Both the position numbers and the translations under genes were made by a program. Below the pieces are notes generated by a model. The model was not told where the DNA came from, searched no databases, and was given only the letters and a program-made list of their open reading frames with translations. A stretch of DNA of 64,000 bases. It comes from a virus. Lineage: Duplodnaviria > Caudoviricetes. How positions within the stretch are numbered: position 1 is the stretch's first letter; each line of letters begins with the position of its first letter. Location of the stretch: the IMG/VR virus record IMGVR_UViG_3300029955_000001. One strand, written 5' to 3'. Below are positions 47,668 to 55,830 of this stretch, one piece after another.

Positions 47668-48000
47668 TTAAATACCCCTTTTTGCAATAACAATATAAGC
47701 CACCACGTCGTTTGCCTTCGGTTCCTTACCGTCCCATCTCCATCGGAAGTAATGAGCACTCAGACACTTCTCATCACCGTCTCTACGCTTAATCAATACA
47801 CGCGTATTCTTACTCACTGGTGAATCGCCCATTCCTAACCAGCATAACCATTCCCTATCTCCTTTTTTAACTTTCTTATGTTGAACAGGTATTAATAATT
47901 CTTTCAACGATGTCATCTCTTCCACCGTTATACCACAGCTCTCTAATTTTTTAATTAACGCAGTGGCTGCTGTTCTAATAAGCTCTGCTCTTGTTACCAC
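47668..48000 (-). CDS. Hypothetical protein
   Basis: 110 aa, AGGAG RBS; W-rich C-terminal domain (FRWRW...DVVAY). Confidence 0.7.
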   Translation of the reverse strand: MVTRAELIRTAATALIKKLESCGITVEEMTSLKELLIPVQHKKVKKGDREWLCWLGMGDSPVSKNTRVLIKRRDGDEKCLSAHYFRWRWDGKEPKANDVVAYIVIAKRGI

Positions 48001-48084
48001 AATACTCTCCTTTTAAATAAAGTATAAAAAATACATATCTGAAAAATGTATCTATGTATTTTTCTACTCTATCAATAATTACTA

Positions 48085-48137
48085 TGTAACACTACGCTAC
48101 TACTGGAACCTTCCCTAATCCCAGTAGTAGCGTAGAT
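48085..48137. terminator. Hairpin
   Basis: TACGCTACTACTGG-loop-CCAGTAGTAGCGTA just past the stop at 48144. Confidence 0.65.
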
Positions 48138-48143
48138 TCTCAT

Positions 48144-48581
48144 CTATGCCGGAAATGAATCAGGTCTTTTCCAATTAGGTAACTTCATCCCTAGCTTCAA
48201 ATTGTGTTCTGCTAGTGCTTTAGTAATTGTTAAAACATAAAGTGAATCCTCGCTTGTTGTATTTAATAACTTAGCCAGTGAATGTTTAGTCATCTGAACT
48301 AATTCACCAATGTAACTTACGTTATTAATAAACAATTTATTTTCTGTTTCTTTTGGCAATCCCAACACATTAACAGATAGACTGTAGTAACATGGTTCAG
48401 CTTTAGGAACACCCATCCAATCCAAGTATTTATCAGCAGCATTGAATAATTGTTCTGCTAAATCAAACTGCGCGTATGCTAAAACAGTCTCTTTACGTTC
48501 GTAAAGAATTCTACCTTTTTCAAAATGATATTTCGCTCTATCTACTAGCAATTGAAAACGTGCATTCATTTCCATTCTCAT
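48144..48581 (-). CDS. Protein with RNAP alpha-CTD-like C-terminal domain (paralog 2)
   Basis: LPKETENKLFINNVSYIGELVQMT...LAEHNLKLGMKLPNWKRP versus E. coli RpoA [24 protein letters not shown]...LASRGLSLGMRLENWPP. Confidence 0.8.
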   Translation of the reverse strand: MRMEMNARFQLLVDRAKYHFEKGRILYERKETVLAYAQFDLAEQLFNAADKYLDWMGVPKAEPCYYSLSVNVLGLPKETENKLFINNVSYIGELVQMTKHSLAKLLNTTSEDSLYVLTITKALAEHNLKLGMKLPNWKRPDSFPA

Positions 48582-48650
48582 TTATTTAAAAAACAATTAC
48601 ACTATAACTATATCAAAGTAATTATATATGTCTGAATTATTTTGTATTAA

Positions 48651-48850
48651 CGGCATAATAGCTAGGTAGTTATACCTAGCTAAATATAAAGTAAAATACA
48701 AAGTCAAAAGACAAGAAGTGAGATATTGCTTTAAAGCAATATCTAGGTAATAGACACAACTGGACACCTAGGGCGCAGCCTCCGTCTGACGCAGACCGGA
48801 TGGTCACGATACATCCCTGCTCGTGACAAATGATACTCCTTGCCTGTAAA
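48651..48850. ncRNA. Candidate structured RNA / multi-hairpin intergenic element
   Basis: Hairpin 48659-48682, perfect palindrome 48721-48744, and GC-rich stems CCGTCTG/CAGACCGG and GTCACGA/TCGTGAC in an AT-rich gap. Confidence 0.3.
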
Positions 48851-48946
48851 AAAAAAATATATTTTATTTCATTACACAACAAAACGGAATATAGCCTCTC
48901 TATACCATCCAAGTAAGTGGACAGTACAAAGAGACTAGATATTATT

Positions 48947-49261
48947 TTAAACGTCTTGTGGGGTCGGTAAACGTGGTACACGGCGACGTTCTTTATACTT
49001 CACAGTCACCTTCTCTATCTCTACACTAGGTCCAGCGATACGCATCAATCTCCAGTCATCACTGGTAGATATATCCACCAGACCATGTGTTTCAAACGCA
49101 CTCGTTCGTATTCGCTCTCGATATTGGCAAAACCATACTACTCTACCATCTTCTGTGGGTATTTGTTTAATAACCTCACAAATCTTATCCTGATTTTCCT
49201 TATAGACAGGATGAACCAACATAGCGATATCCCCTACTCCCACATTCACGTTATTCTCCAA
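48947..49261 (-). CDS. Hypothetical protein
   Basis: 104 aa with an SH3/KOW-like start (VGVGDIAMLV). Confidence 0.7.
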   Translation of the reverse strand: MENNVNVGVGDIAMLVHPVYKENQDKICEVIKQIPTEDGRVVWFCQYRERIRTSAFETHGLVDISTSDDWRLMRIAGPSVEIEKVTVKYKERRRVPRLPTPQDV

Positions 49262-49606
49262 TTAAAGTTTATACGATGGATCAAAATCAGGTAACTCAAT
49301 TAGCTTACCTGCTAATTCATGTTCACAATCTGAAAGGTATTGTATTTTACCATCTGTAACAATACAGTGACACTGAGAGCGTTCTACTTTAGGGCCATCT
49401 GGATTATCCCAATCCACAGGTTCAGAATACGTTTCATGAAAAGAAGGAGTAAATGTAGGAAGAAAAGGATTATAGTTGAACGTCCAGTGAGGGCCTTTTG
49501 TAAAAACTGTTTTTAACAGCATTACGTGAGCGCACTGACATCCAGGGCACCAATACGCAATACAACCACCTTCCAATAATCTTAATTTACTACCGATCAT
49601 GTTCAT
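49262..49606 (-). CDS. DUF6527-like Cys/His metal-binding protein
   Basis: CPGCQCAH...WTFN...TFTPS...CHCIVTDGKIQYLSDCEHELAG. Confidence 0.75.
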   Translation of the reverse strand: MNMIGSKLRLLEGGCIAYWCPGCQCAHVMLLKTVFTKGPHWTFNYNPFLPTFTPSFHETYSEPVDWDNPDGPKVERSQCHCIVTDGKIQYLSDCEHELAGKLIELPDFDPSYKL

Positions 49607-50265
49607 TATTTTTTACCTAGATAGGTATTCTTTATTCGGAATATATTCTCGTACAGTTCTGTAACTTTCTTTTCTTCAGCTTCAGTACGTTCGCCGAATG
49701 GAGAAACGATTAAATCCGTTATTTCAATAGGAAAGTTAGGGATAGTAGCTTCTCTGCTAGAAACTTCCAAATCTATTTTTATCCATGGAGAATAATGGTT
49801 CTTTCCATCTTCATCAGTCTTAATAATAAAGACATCGAACTCCCAAGTTAAATCCGTACCAGGAGCAGGGAAGAAATAACGATCTTTTTTCATACCGCTA
49901 TCTGATAGTATTTTAAACTGAACAAAGTTTTGTTCTGTTGTAGGAATGCTAATCTCAAACCTATCCCCATCTGCGTTAGCGGTTGTTTTCGTAGTCAATA
50001 CATATTCAGGTAGCGAATCACCTTTTATAGTCTTACGAATACGGATAGTTCCTTTTCCAGCATTCTTTTCAGATTTAGGAATCTTAAGTTCCCACTGTTC
50101 TTGTTGCTCGAAATTCTCAGCTTTCTTTAGATCGTCAAAGTTAACTAAACGACCATAGTACACATGTTCTATTTCTTTATTAACTTTACCATCAGCAACT
50201 TCTTCTAACGACGGTGCGTTAGTCTTTATGCTTTCTAGTGCTTGTTTTAAAAAACTAGTTCTCAT
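49606..50265 (-). CDS. CYTH-like (triphosphate tunnel) protein
   Basis: EIEHVYY, IRIRKT, YVLTTKT, FEISIP, KKDRYFF, WEFDVF, KIDLEV. Confidence 0.65.
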   Translation of the reverse strand: MRTSFLKQALESIKTNAPSLEEVADGKVNKEIEHVYYGRLVNFDDLKKAENFEQQEQWELKIPKSEKNAGKGTIRIRKTIKGDSLPEYVLTTKTTANADGDRFEISIPTTEQNFVQFKILSDSGMKKDRYFFPAPGTDLTWEFDVFIIKTDEDGKNHYSPWIKIDLEVSSREATIPNFPIEITDLIVSPFGERTEAEEKKVTELYENIFRIKNTYLGKK

Positions 50266-50273
50266 GATTGTTC

Positions 50274-50591
50274 CTATTCTGGTTTTATGAAAAAGTAAAG
50301 AAAAGGAAACAGAAATAATAGAAGATTAAATTCTTTTCTCTTTTTAATTGGTTTCGGAATAACACCATAAACACGTCTTTCAATTCCGTCTATCGGAATA
50401 GCTTTAAACGCTTGCACAGCCTCGCACATTGCCCAGTAGACTTTCCCTGAAGCTACCCAGCCTTTCCCTGAATGCATCTCTTCAATAGTGATTCCGAATG
50501 GATGTATAGTCCTGCATCTATCTTTACATTCTTTTGAACAGACTTCATTTTCGCAAAGCATTGTTATTTCCTTACTTATCTGGAGGATCAA
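50274..50591 (-). CDS. Hypothetical protein
   Basis: 105 aa, Cys-rich N-terminus, hydrophobic C-terminus. Confidence 0.55.
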   Translation of the reverse strand: MILQISKEITMLCENEVCSKECKDRCRTIHPFGITIEEMHSGKGWVASGKVYWAMCEAVQAFKAIPIDGIERRVYGVIPKPIKKRKEFNLLLFLFPFLYFFIKPE

Positions 50592-51012
50592 GAATTACTT
50601 TTACTATTTCACTTACTGTTTCAACTACATCTTTAGTGACAGCAATGAGATCGCTCTTATCTGTAGCTTTAATAAAGGCGTAAGCGAACAATACCACAAT
50701 CGCTGCGGTTGTTACTAGTGCCACGGTCACAAACGTTTTAATAAGATAATTACGTAAACGTCTATCTTCTAATTCTAAAATAGAAAATTGATCTTCTTTA
50801 CGATTACCTTTAAACTTATTGTAAAATGTTTCCTGATCAGCTGGGGATAGTTTCTCAAATGCTTTATGAATATCTTCAATCTTAGCATTTTTGTTAATTA
50901 CTACGAGATCGTTATCAGGACTACTAGCAATATCATTGTAATGAGTAACAACATCTTCAATATTAGCGTGTGGCCGTGTGGTGCGTCTTCTTTCGTCTTT
51001 ATTAAAAAACAT
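50572..51012 (-). CDS. Membrane-anchored protein
   Basis: 146 aa with a TM helix near the C-terminus; directly downstream of the spanins. Confidence 0.7.
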   Translation of the reverse strand: MFFNKDERRRTTRPHANIEDVVTHYNDIASSPDNDLVVINKNAKIEDIHKAFEKLSPADQETFYNKFKGNRKEDQFSILELEDRRLRNYLIKTFVTVALVTTAAIVVLFAYAFIKATDKSDLIAVTKDVVETVSEIVKVILDPPDK

Positions 51013-51023
51013 TAAAAGCTCCC

Positions 51024-51344
51024 CTATGGAGTACTTGGCTGACTATAAATAGCTTGTTGCTGTTTTACCCAAGCACGTAGTTGTGATAAACGGTGATTGC
51101 ATTCAAGTGTGTTTTTTGTCTGAGTATTAAATTTCGTTGACAGTATAGCTACTCGTTCACGTTCTGATGCTGCCATGAATGCAGTCATATTTGGCGGCGG
51201 TTCTACTAGACAATTCAAGATCAAGTTATCTGGTGGCGGAACTAATGTAGGACGGTCTACAATGACTTGTTTTGGAGATGTAGTTGCGCATGCTGTTAAA
51301 AATAAAACAGACGTTAATAAAACTACTTTAAGAATGGCTTTCAT
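51024..51344 (-). CDS. Outer-membrane lipoprotein, o-spanin (Rz1-like)
   Basis: Signal peptide with lipobox LTA|C19, Pro-rich PTLVPPPDNLILNC. Confidence 0.75.
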   Translation of the reverse strand: MKAILKVVLLTSVLFLTACATTSPKQVIVDRPTLVPPPDNLILNCLVEPPPNMTAFMAASERERVAILSTKFNTQTKNTLECNHRLSQLRAWVKQQQAIYSQPSTP

Positions 51345-51365
51345 AATAATTCCTTTTTAATTTGA

Positions 51366-51944
51366 TTAAAATAATTTCTCAACAGCATCTTTTTCGATAG
51401 CGGTGGTATCTGGTAGATTAATATCCGGAATAGTTATGGTTGGTATTAGCGTCTTAAAACTATTAAATGATGGTTCACTAGTTGACGGCGCTGGGTCATT
51501 GGCAACCGGAGTGGTTTGAACAGGACAACTTAAATTTACCGTCGACGCATCTCCGCAGTAAACCTGCCACATCCCATCTAACTGAACAGCTGCCGTTGCG
51601 TCATCTAAAGCTTTCTCGCTAGCGATAGTAACTGGTCTGCCTTGAGCTTTATCCTCAATCGCTTGTACCTTCTGGTCTATGCCAGATTGAATAGAAGAAA
51701 TCTTTGAATCAGTTTCAGTATTTTGTTGTGCTACAATTGTGTTTGCGGCAGTTGTTACAGCGTCAGATTTTGCTGTGATTGCTGCTGTTTCTTTCTGATC
51801 GGCAATCACAGCTTGTGAGACAGCATTTTGTTGAGCCAGAGCAATGTTCTTAACTTTTGTTTCGTGGTAATCCCAAGCACAATAACCGGCAATGCTAATT
51901 ACTACAGCAAAGATAGCTAATCGAATATCAAGCATTATGTCCAT
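51366..51944 (-). CDS. Inner-membrane i-spanin (Rz-like)
   Basis: N-terminal TM helix plus Ala/Gln coiled coil, upstream of the lipoprotein. Confidence 0.7.
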   Translation of the reverse strand: MDIMLDIRLAIFAVVISIAGYCAWDYHETKVKNIALAQQNAVSQAVIADQKETAAITAKSDAVTTAANTIVAQQNTETDSKISSIQSGIDQKVQAIEDKAQGRPVTIASEKALDDATAAVQLDGMWQVYCGDASTVNLSCPVQTTPVANDPAPSTSEPSFNSFKTLIPTITIPDINLPDTTAIEKDAVEKLF

Positions 51945-51958
51945 TATTTACTCCAAGT

Positions 51959-52531
51959 TTAAATATAAAATCTGTAACGACAATAAACGACAGCGAGCGC
52001 GTCTATAGAGTGTTCATCTAATTCTTCAATAGGGATGTGACCGTCGTATGCTATTTCATCTTTCATTTCAATAAGCTTATTACGCATAGCGTCTTTAGCA
52101 CCTGCACCATGAACACCTACTGCGTTCTTAACCGAACTAGGCGGAGTCATCTCGAGTACGTGCCAAAAAGAATATCGATTTACAGCTGATCTAATAGCAG
52201 ACACAACTTCTGTTAACGCAATTCCTGCTTGTGGGAATTTTTGGTTCACAAAAGGAGCTTCGGAATTAATAGATAAAGGACGAAGTCTATTAAACAAATT
52301 AAGAAGATACTCTTCAATAGCGGATATTCTAGCTGTACGAAAATCATAGAGTTGTTCTGCCCATGATTCTTTCCCAGCTAACTTAGCGGCATTAATAGAC
52401 CATGCTTCTGTAGAGACAATTTGCATTGTCTCTACATTGATTCGCATGACACCTATGCCGAGCATTGTTGATCCAGGGTCAATGCCTACTAATATCGCTA
52501 TAGAAGATGAATTACTAGGCATTGTAAGCAT
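51959..52531 (-). CDS. ruvC: RuvC-like Holliday junction resolvase
   Basis: LVGIDPG, INSEAPF, PPSSVKNAVG, EHSIDALAV. Confidence 0.85.
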   Translation of the reverse strand: MLTMPSNSSSIAILVGIDPGSTMLGIGVMRINVETMQIVSTEAWSINAAKLAGKESWAEQLYDFRTARISAIEEYLLNLFNRLRPLSINSEAPFVNQKFPQAGIALTEVVSAIRSAVNRYSFWHVLEMTPPSSVKNAVGVHGAGAKDAMRNKLIEMKDEIAYDGHIPIEELDEHSIDALAVVYCRYRFYI

Positions 52532-52554
52532 AGTGTAATTTATAAAAAATAATG

Positions 52555-53403
52555 TTACGATAACGTTAATAACGGTTCAGTAGCGCCAACATCTAGAAGG
52601 AGGGTGATGGCGTTGTTGGAATACTGAACTGGGTAGAATGTATTAATGAATGAAACAATCTGGACAGCAATTGCTTCATTAAAACTAATTTGTGTGTTGT
52701 TAACAGCCGGAGAAGACACAACAGCATCTATCCCAGAACACAACCCAACCTCACTAATAATAGCTGCATTTGGATCGTTATATTTGACATTAGCTACATT
52801 AATTAATTCTGTAATGTCTGCCGCTCCTAATAACAAACTTAATTGCGCAGAAGCAGCAGCGTAATTACCAGTCGTTAAATTAACACCACTGCTTGATAAG
52901 ACAGGCGGTGTTGGATTAAGGTTAGAGTTATTAGCAACAAATGGAGTAACCGTAGTAACGCCACTAGCCACATTGATCAGTTCCATTGCAGCAATCACGT
53001 CCGTCAGTACCATACGACGCAAGTAGTAAGCAACGTACGCAGCGCCGTTATACTGTTCTATACGACGTAATCCATATAGTGCTTGTTCGGCTGTGGTTAT
53101 GTCGTTTGCAATAGGCCGTAGTACAAAAGGTAAATGATTGTACAATGCTGCATCTGTTGCGATGTGTTGAATAGGAGTAGGTATCGCAATCCCATTTGCA
53201 TCTACTGAAAAAGTATGTCCACCATTACCAATTGTCCAATAACCAAGTGATGGCAGGACACCAGCTGCTGGGTACACACCACTTTGAATATTAAACTTTT
53301 CATTTAACGTGGTAAGCGGCATGCATGCCCAATTAGATAATTTCATCAGTAATGCTGTTTGCAAATACGAACCGTAAAGAGTACGGCAAATTGGTTGTGT
53401 CAT
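52555..53403 (-). CDS. Virion structural (baseplate/tail) protein, phiKZ-like
   Basis: 282 aa; TTLNEKFNI, YWTIGNGGH, LYNHLPFVLR, AIISEVGLCSG, GATEPL. Confidence 0.65.
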   Translation of the reverse strand: MTQPICRTLYGSYLQTALLMKLSNWACMPLTTLNEKFNIQSGVYPAAGVLPSLGYWTIGNGGHTFSVDANGIAIPTPIQHIATDAALYNHLPFVLRPIANDITTAEQALYGLRRIEQYNGAAYVAYYLRRMVLTDVIAAMELINVASGVTTVTPFVANNSNLNPTPPVLSSSGVNLTTGNYAAASAQLSLLLGAADITELINVANVKYNDPNAAIISEVGLCSGIDAVVSSPAVNNTQISFNEAIAVQIVSFINTFYPVQYSNNAITLLLDVGATEPLLTLS

Positions 53404-53480
53404 TTTATATTCCTAAATTGTTAAATTAAATTAATTACTAAACACAGTCACAGTATTGCGTATGTTGAGGAAAATAGTTA

Positions 53481-55760
53481 CTAAGTTTGGTATACTCCAA
53501 ATATATTTAAAAAGTCATTTTGTTGGAATGGCGTAAGCGCTAAGAATGTATCAATCCCAGGAACAGAAATAACACCATTAGGCACAGTTGGCAAGTTCAA
53601 AACATAAGCCCCGACAGGTGCTGTGTTTAGATATATCTGTTGAACATTATTAATAATAGTTTCTATAGCAGGAGCACCTAAATCGTATTGTGTGGTATTA
53701 GAAAAACCACTAGTTATTAGATTAGATAAGCTTGCTAAATTAACATCATAACTTAATGTTTCAGAAACAGAACATTTTGAACTAATTACACCAGTTACCA
53801 TATCGGGCAATTGTTGTTCACCAATTACTTCGCCATATCCGTTACCTACACGTACAGTCGTCCAGTCAGTTTCCTCAACAGCTGTATTATTGGTCTGAGT
53901 GATGAACTGAATACCGTAACTACTAAGTTGCGCTAGCATTGCTACCATCGCTTCTTGTATCTGTTGTAATGTAGTTGTTGTAATGTTTGCTAAACCTGTG
54001 GATTGATTCAACAACGATGTATAAAGCGTGCCTAAATTACTAATACTAAGACCAGTAATATTAATGTTTTTAGAAGCGAACCACTCAGCGTAAGTTTGCC
54101 CATTAGGAACCATTGTACAAACATTATCGCTATAGATACGATTACACAAACCAGCCACCATTGCGCGGGCATCTTTATGTTCTTGATACGCTGTTAAATT
54201 ACGTTGCAGCTGAGACGAGTTATAAATCTTTTGACACGTAGAATAGAACGCGCTAGTTGATATGATCGTGCCAATTGTTGGTTGTAGTGAAACTGCCAAT
54301 TGAGCAGTAGCTTCAGTTACTAGACTTGGGTCTACCACAGACATTAAATCAGACACTGGGTCAACACCAGGATTAAATCTCTGTACTCTATTAGCAAACA
54401 TTTGCGGGATAGTGGTCAATGGAATACCAATAGAGCCACAGAAACAGTACCATGCAAATATATAGGCATCTTTTACTGTTAGAGCGTAAGTTTCTCCTGT
54501 AACTGGATTGTTTACATTAACAACTGCCACATAGTTACCATTGCAAGCTAGCCATAACCAATGGTTTACTAATATACTACTGAGTGTGATTGGCGAACTA
54601 TTTGTATAGTCAATTACCGTTGACTCCAATACCTTTGTAAGTAAAGTATTGTATTTTGAATTCTGCATTGCTGCCTGAATGTTAGTTTCTTGCGTAGTTT
54701 GATACGTAAGATTACCAGGAGCTAGCGGTTGCTCTAAATTCATAACTTGATCTAATGTAAACGATGTTTGATCGTCAGCGCTAACTAGACCGTTTACAGA
54801 AGTTTTAATAAATACTAAATCTGGATACAACTGATTTGGTTGATTTATTAAATCATGTTTCATTGTAAACTTAGACAAAGGTAAACCACGCTCTGTCATG
54901 ATATGTTCAACAATCCAATCAAAGGTAGCTTGTTTACCTGAATTGCGTTCTATGTATGCGATGTTTCTATAGAAAAATAATGTTTGACTAAGTGTCATTA
55001 AATCTATATATTGATCTAAGAACCCATGACTGGCAAGATACATCTTTACATGAAAGCTATGTGCTTCATTTGTTTTGCAGGCACGTAATCGTGCGTTAAT
55101 AACTGCTGGAACTAAATTCAAATACATAATTCCAAGAGAAACAGCAGGGTACAATGTATCGCTAATTCCGAACTGTGTGTTATACCAACGAGCTTTGTAA
55201 CCATTAATCCATTTTTGTAATTTTGGTATTAAGGTATACTCATTGTCTTCGACTAGACTTGGCGGGTATCCTAGTATTGTTCCATCAGCTGCTGTAATTG
55301 CTGTGTTAATATCAACAGGATACAATATACCCATAATTAGCAATACTTGATCGGGATAGCGAGAAACAAGTTGCTGGTAGTTATATGTACCATATGCATA
55401 GCCTGCGGCAGTTGCTGTGTTTACTGCAAGATTAGCTACTGTGAAATTAATGACATTCAATGTATCTAGCGACACCACTGTCATCATCGTGTCGACAGGG
55501 TGGTACTGACCAGCTAGATTCATGTAATATTTCCACGTAGTGGGGTCAGCTGTGTTAACTGTTCCGTTTTGTGGTGGATCAGTAACAAATGTATTTAACG
55601 ACATAGCTGAGTCATTACTTTTAATAATGATCGACGCAGCTAAAGCTGTGACACTATTAATATAAACATCATATTCGTTCACAGCAGAAGCCAAACCAGG
55701 TAATGCTGATGTGGTAGCATTACTATTTGAACCAGGTGGTACTAAAGATACAATGCTCAT
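53481..55760 (-). CDS. Virion structural protein (phiKZ gp128-like), divergent from the portal
   Basis: 759 aa; WKYYMNLAGQYH, RYPDQVLLIMGILYPVDI, NSGKQATFDWI. Confidence 0.65.
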   Translation of the reverse strand: MSIVSLVPPGSNSNATTSALPGLASAVNEYDVYINSVTALAASIIIKSNDSAMSLNTFVTDPPQNGTVNTADPTTWKYYMNLAGQYHPVDTMMTVVSLDTLNVINFTVANLAVNTATAAGYAYGTYNYQQLVSRYPDQVLLIMGILYPVDINTAITAADGTILGYPPSLVEDNEYTLIPKLQKWINGYKARWYNTQFGISDTLYPAVSLGIMYLNLVPAVINARLRACKTNEAHSFHVKMYLASHGFLDQYIDLMTLSQTLFFYRNIAYIERNSGKQATFDWIVEHIMTERGLPLSKFTMKHDLINQPNQLYPDLVFIKTSVNGLVSADDQTSFTLDQVMNLEQPLAPGNLTYQTTQETNIQAAMQNSKYNTLLTKVLESTVIDYTNSSPITLSSILVNHWLWLACNGNYVAVVNVNNPVTGETYALTVKDAYIFAWYCFCGSIGIPLTTIPQMFANRVQRFNPGVDPVSDLMSVVDPSLVTEATAQLAVSLQPTIGTIISTSAFYSTCQKIYNSSQLQRNLTAYQEHKDARAMVAGLCNRIYSDNVCTMVPNGQTYAEWFASKNINITGLSISNLGTLYTSLLNQSTGLANITTTTLQQIQEAMVAMLAQLSSYGIQFITQTNNTAVEETDWTTVRVGNGYGEVIGEQQLPDMVTGVISSKCSVSETLSYDVNLASLSNLITSGFSNTTQYDLGAPAIETIINNVQQIYLNTAPVGAYVLNLPTVPNGVISVPGIDTFLALTPFQQNDFLNIFGVYQT

Positions 55761-55830
55761 TTGGTTACCTATTAAGACATTTTTTACGACATCGTAACAT
55801 CGTATAGTTTAAAACTACAAAGGCAGTGAC

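Noticed and set aside
48770-48845. tRNA
   Set aside because: Hairpins are present but there is no acceptor stem, T-loop TTCRA or CCA arrangement on either strand.
48676-48981. 101 aa minus-strand ORF
   Set aside because: It overlaps the end of the upstream gene, runs through palindromes and a homopolymer, and has atypical composition and no RBS; treated as non-coding.
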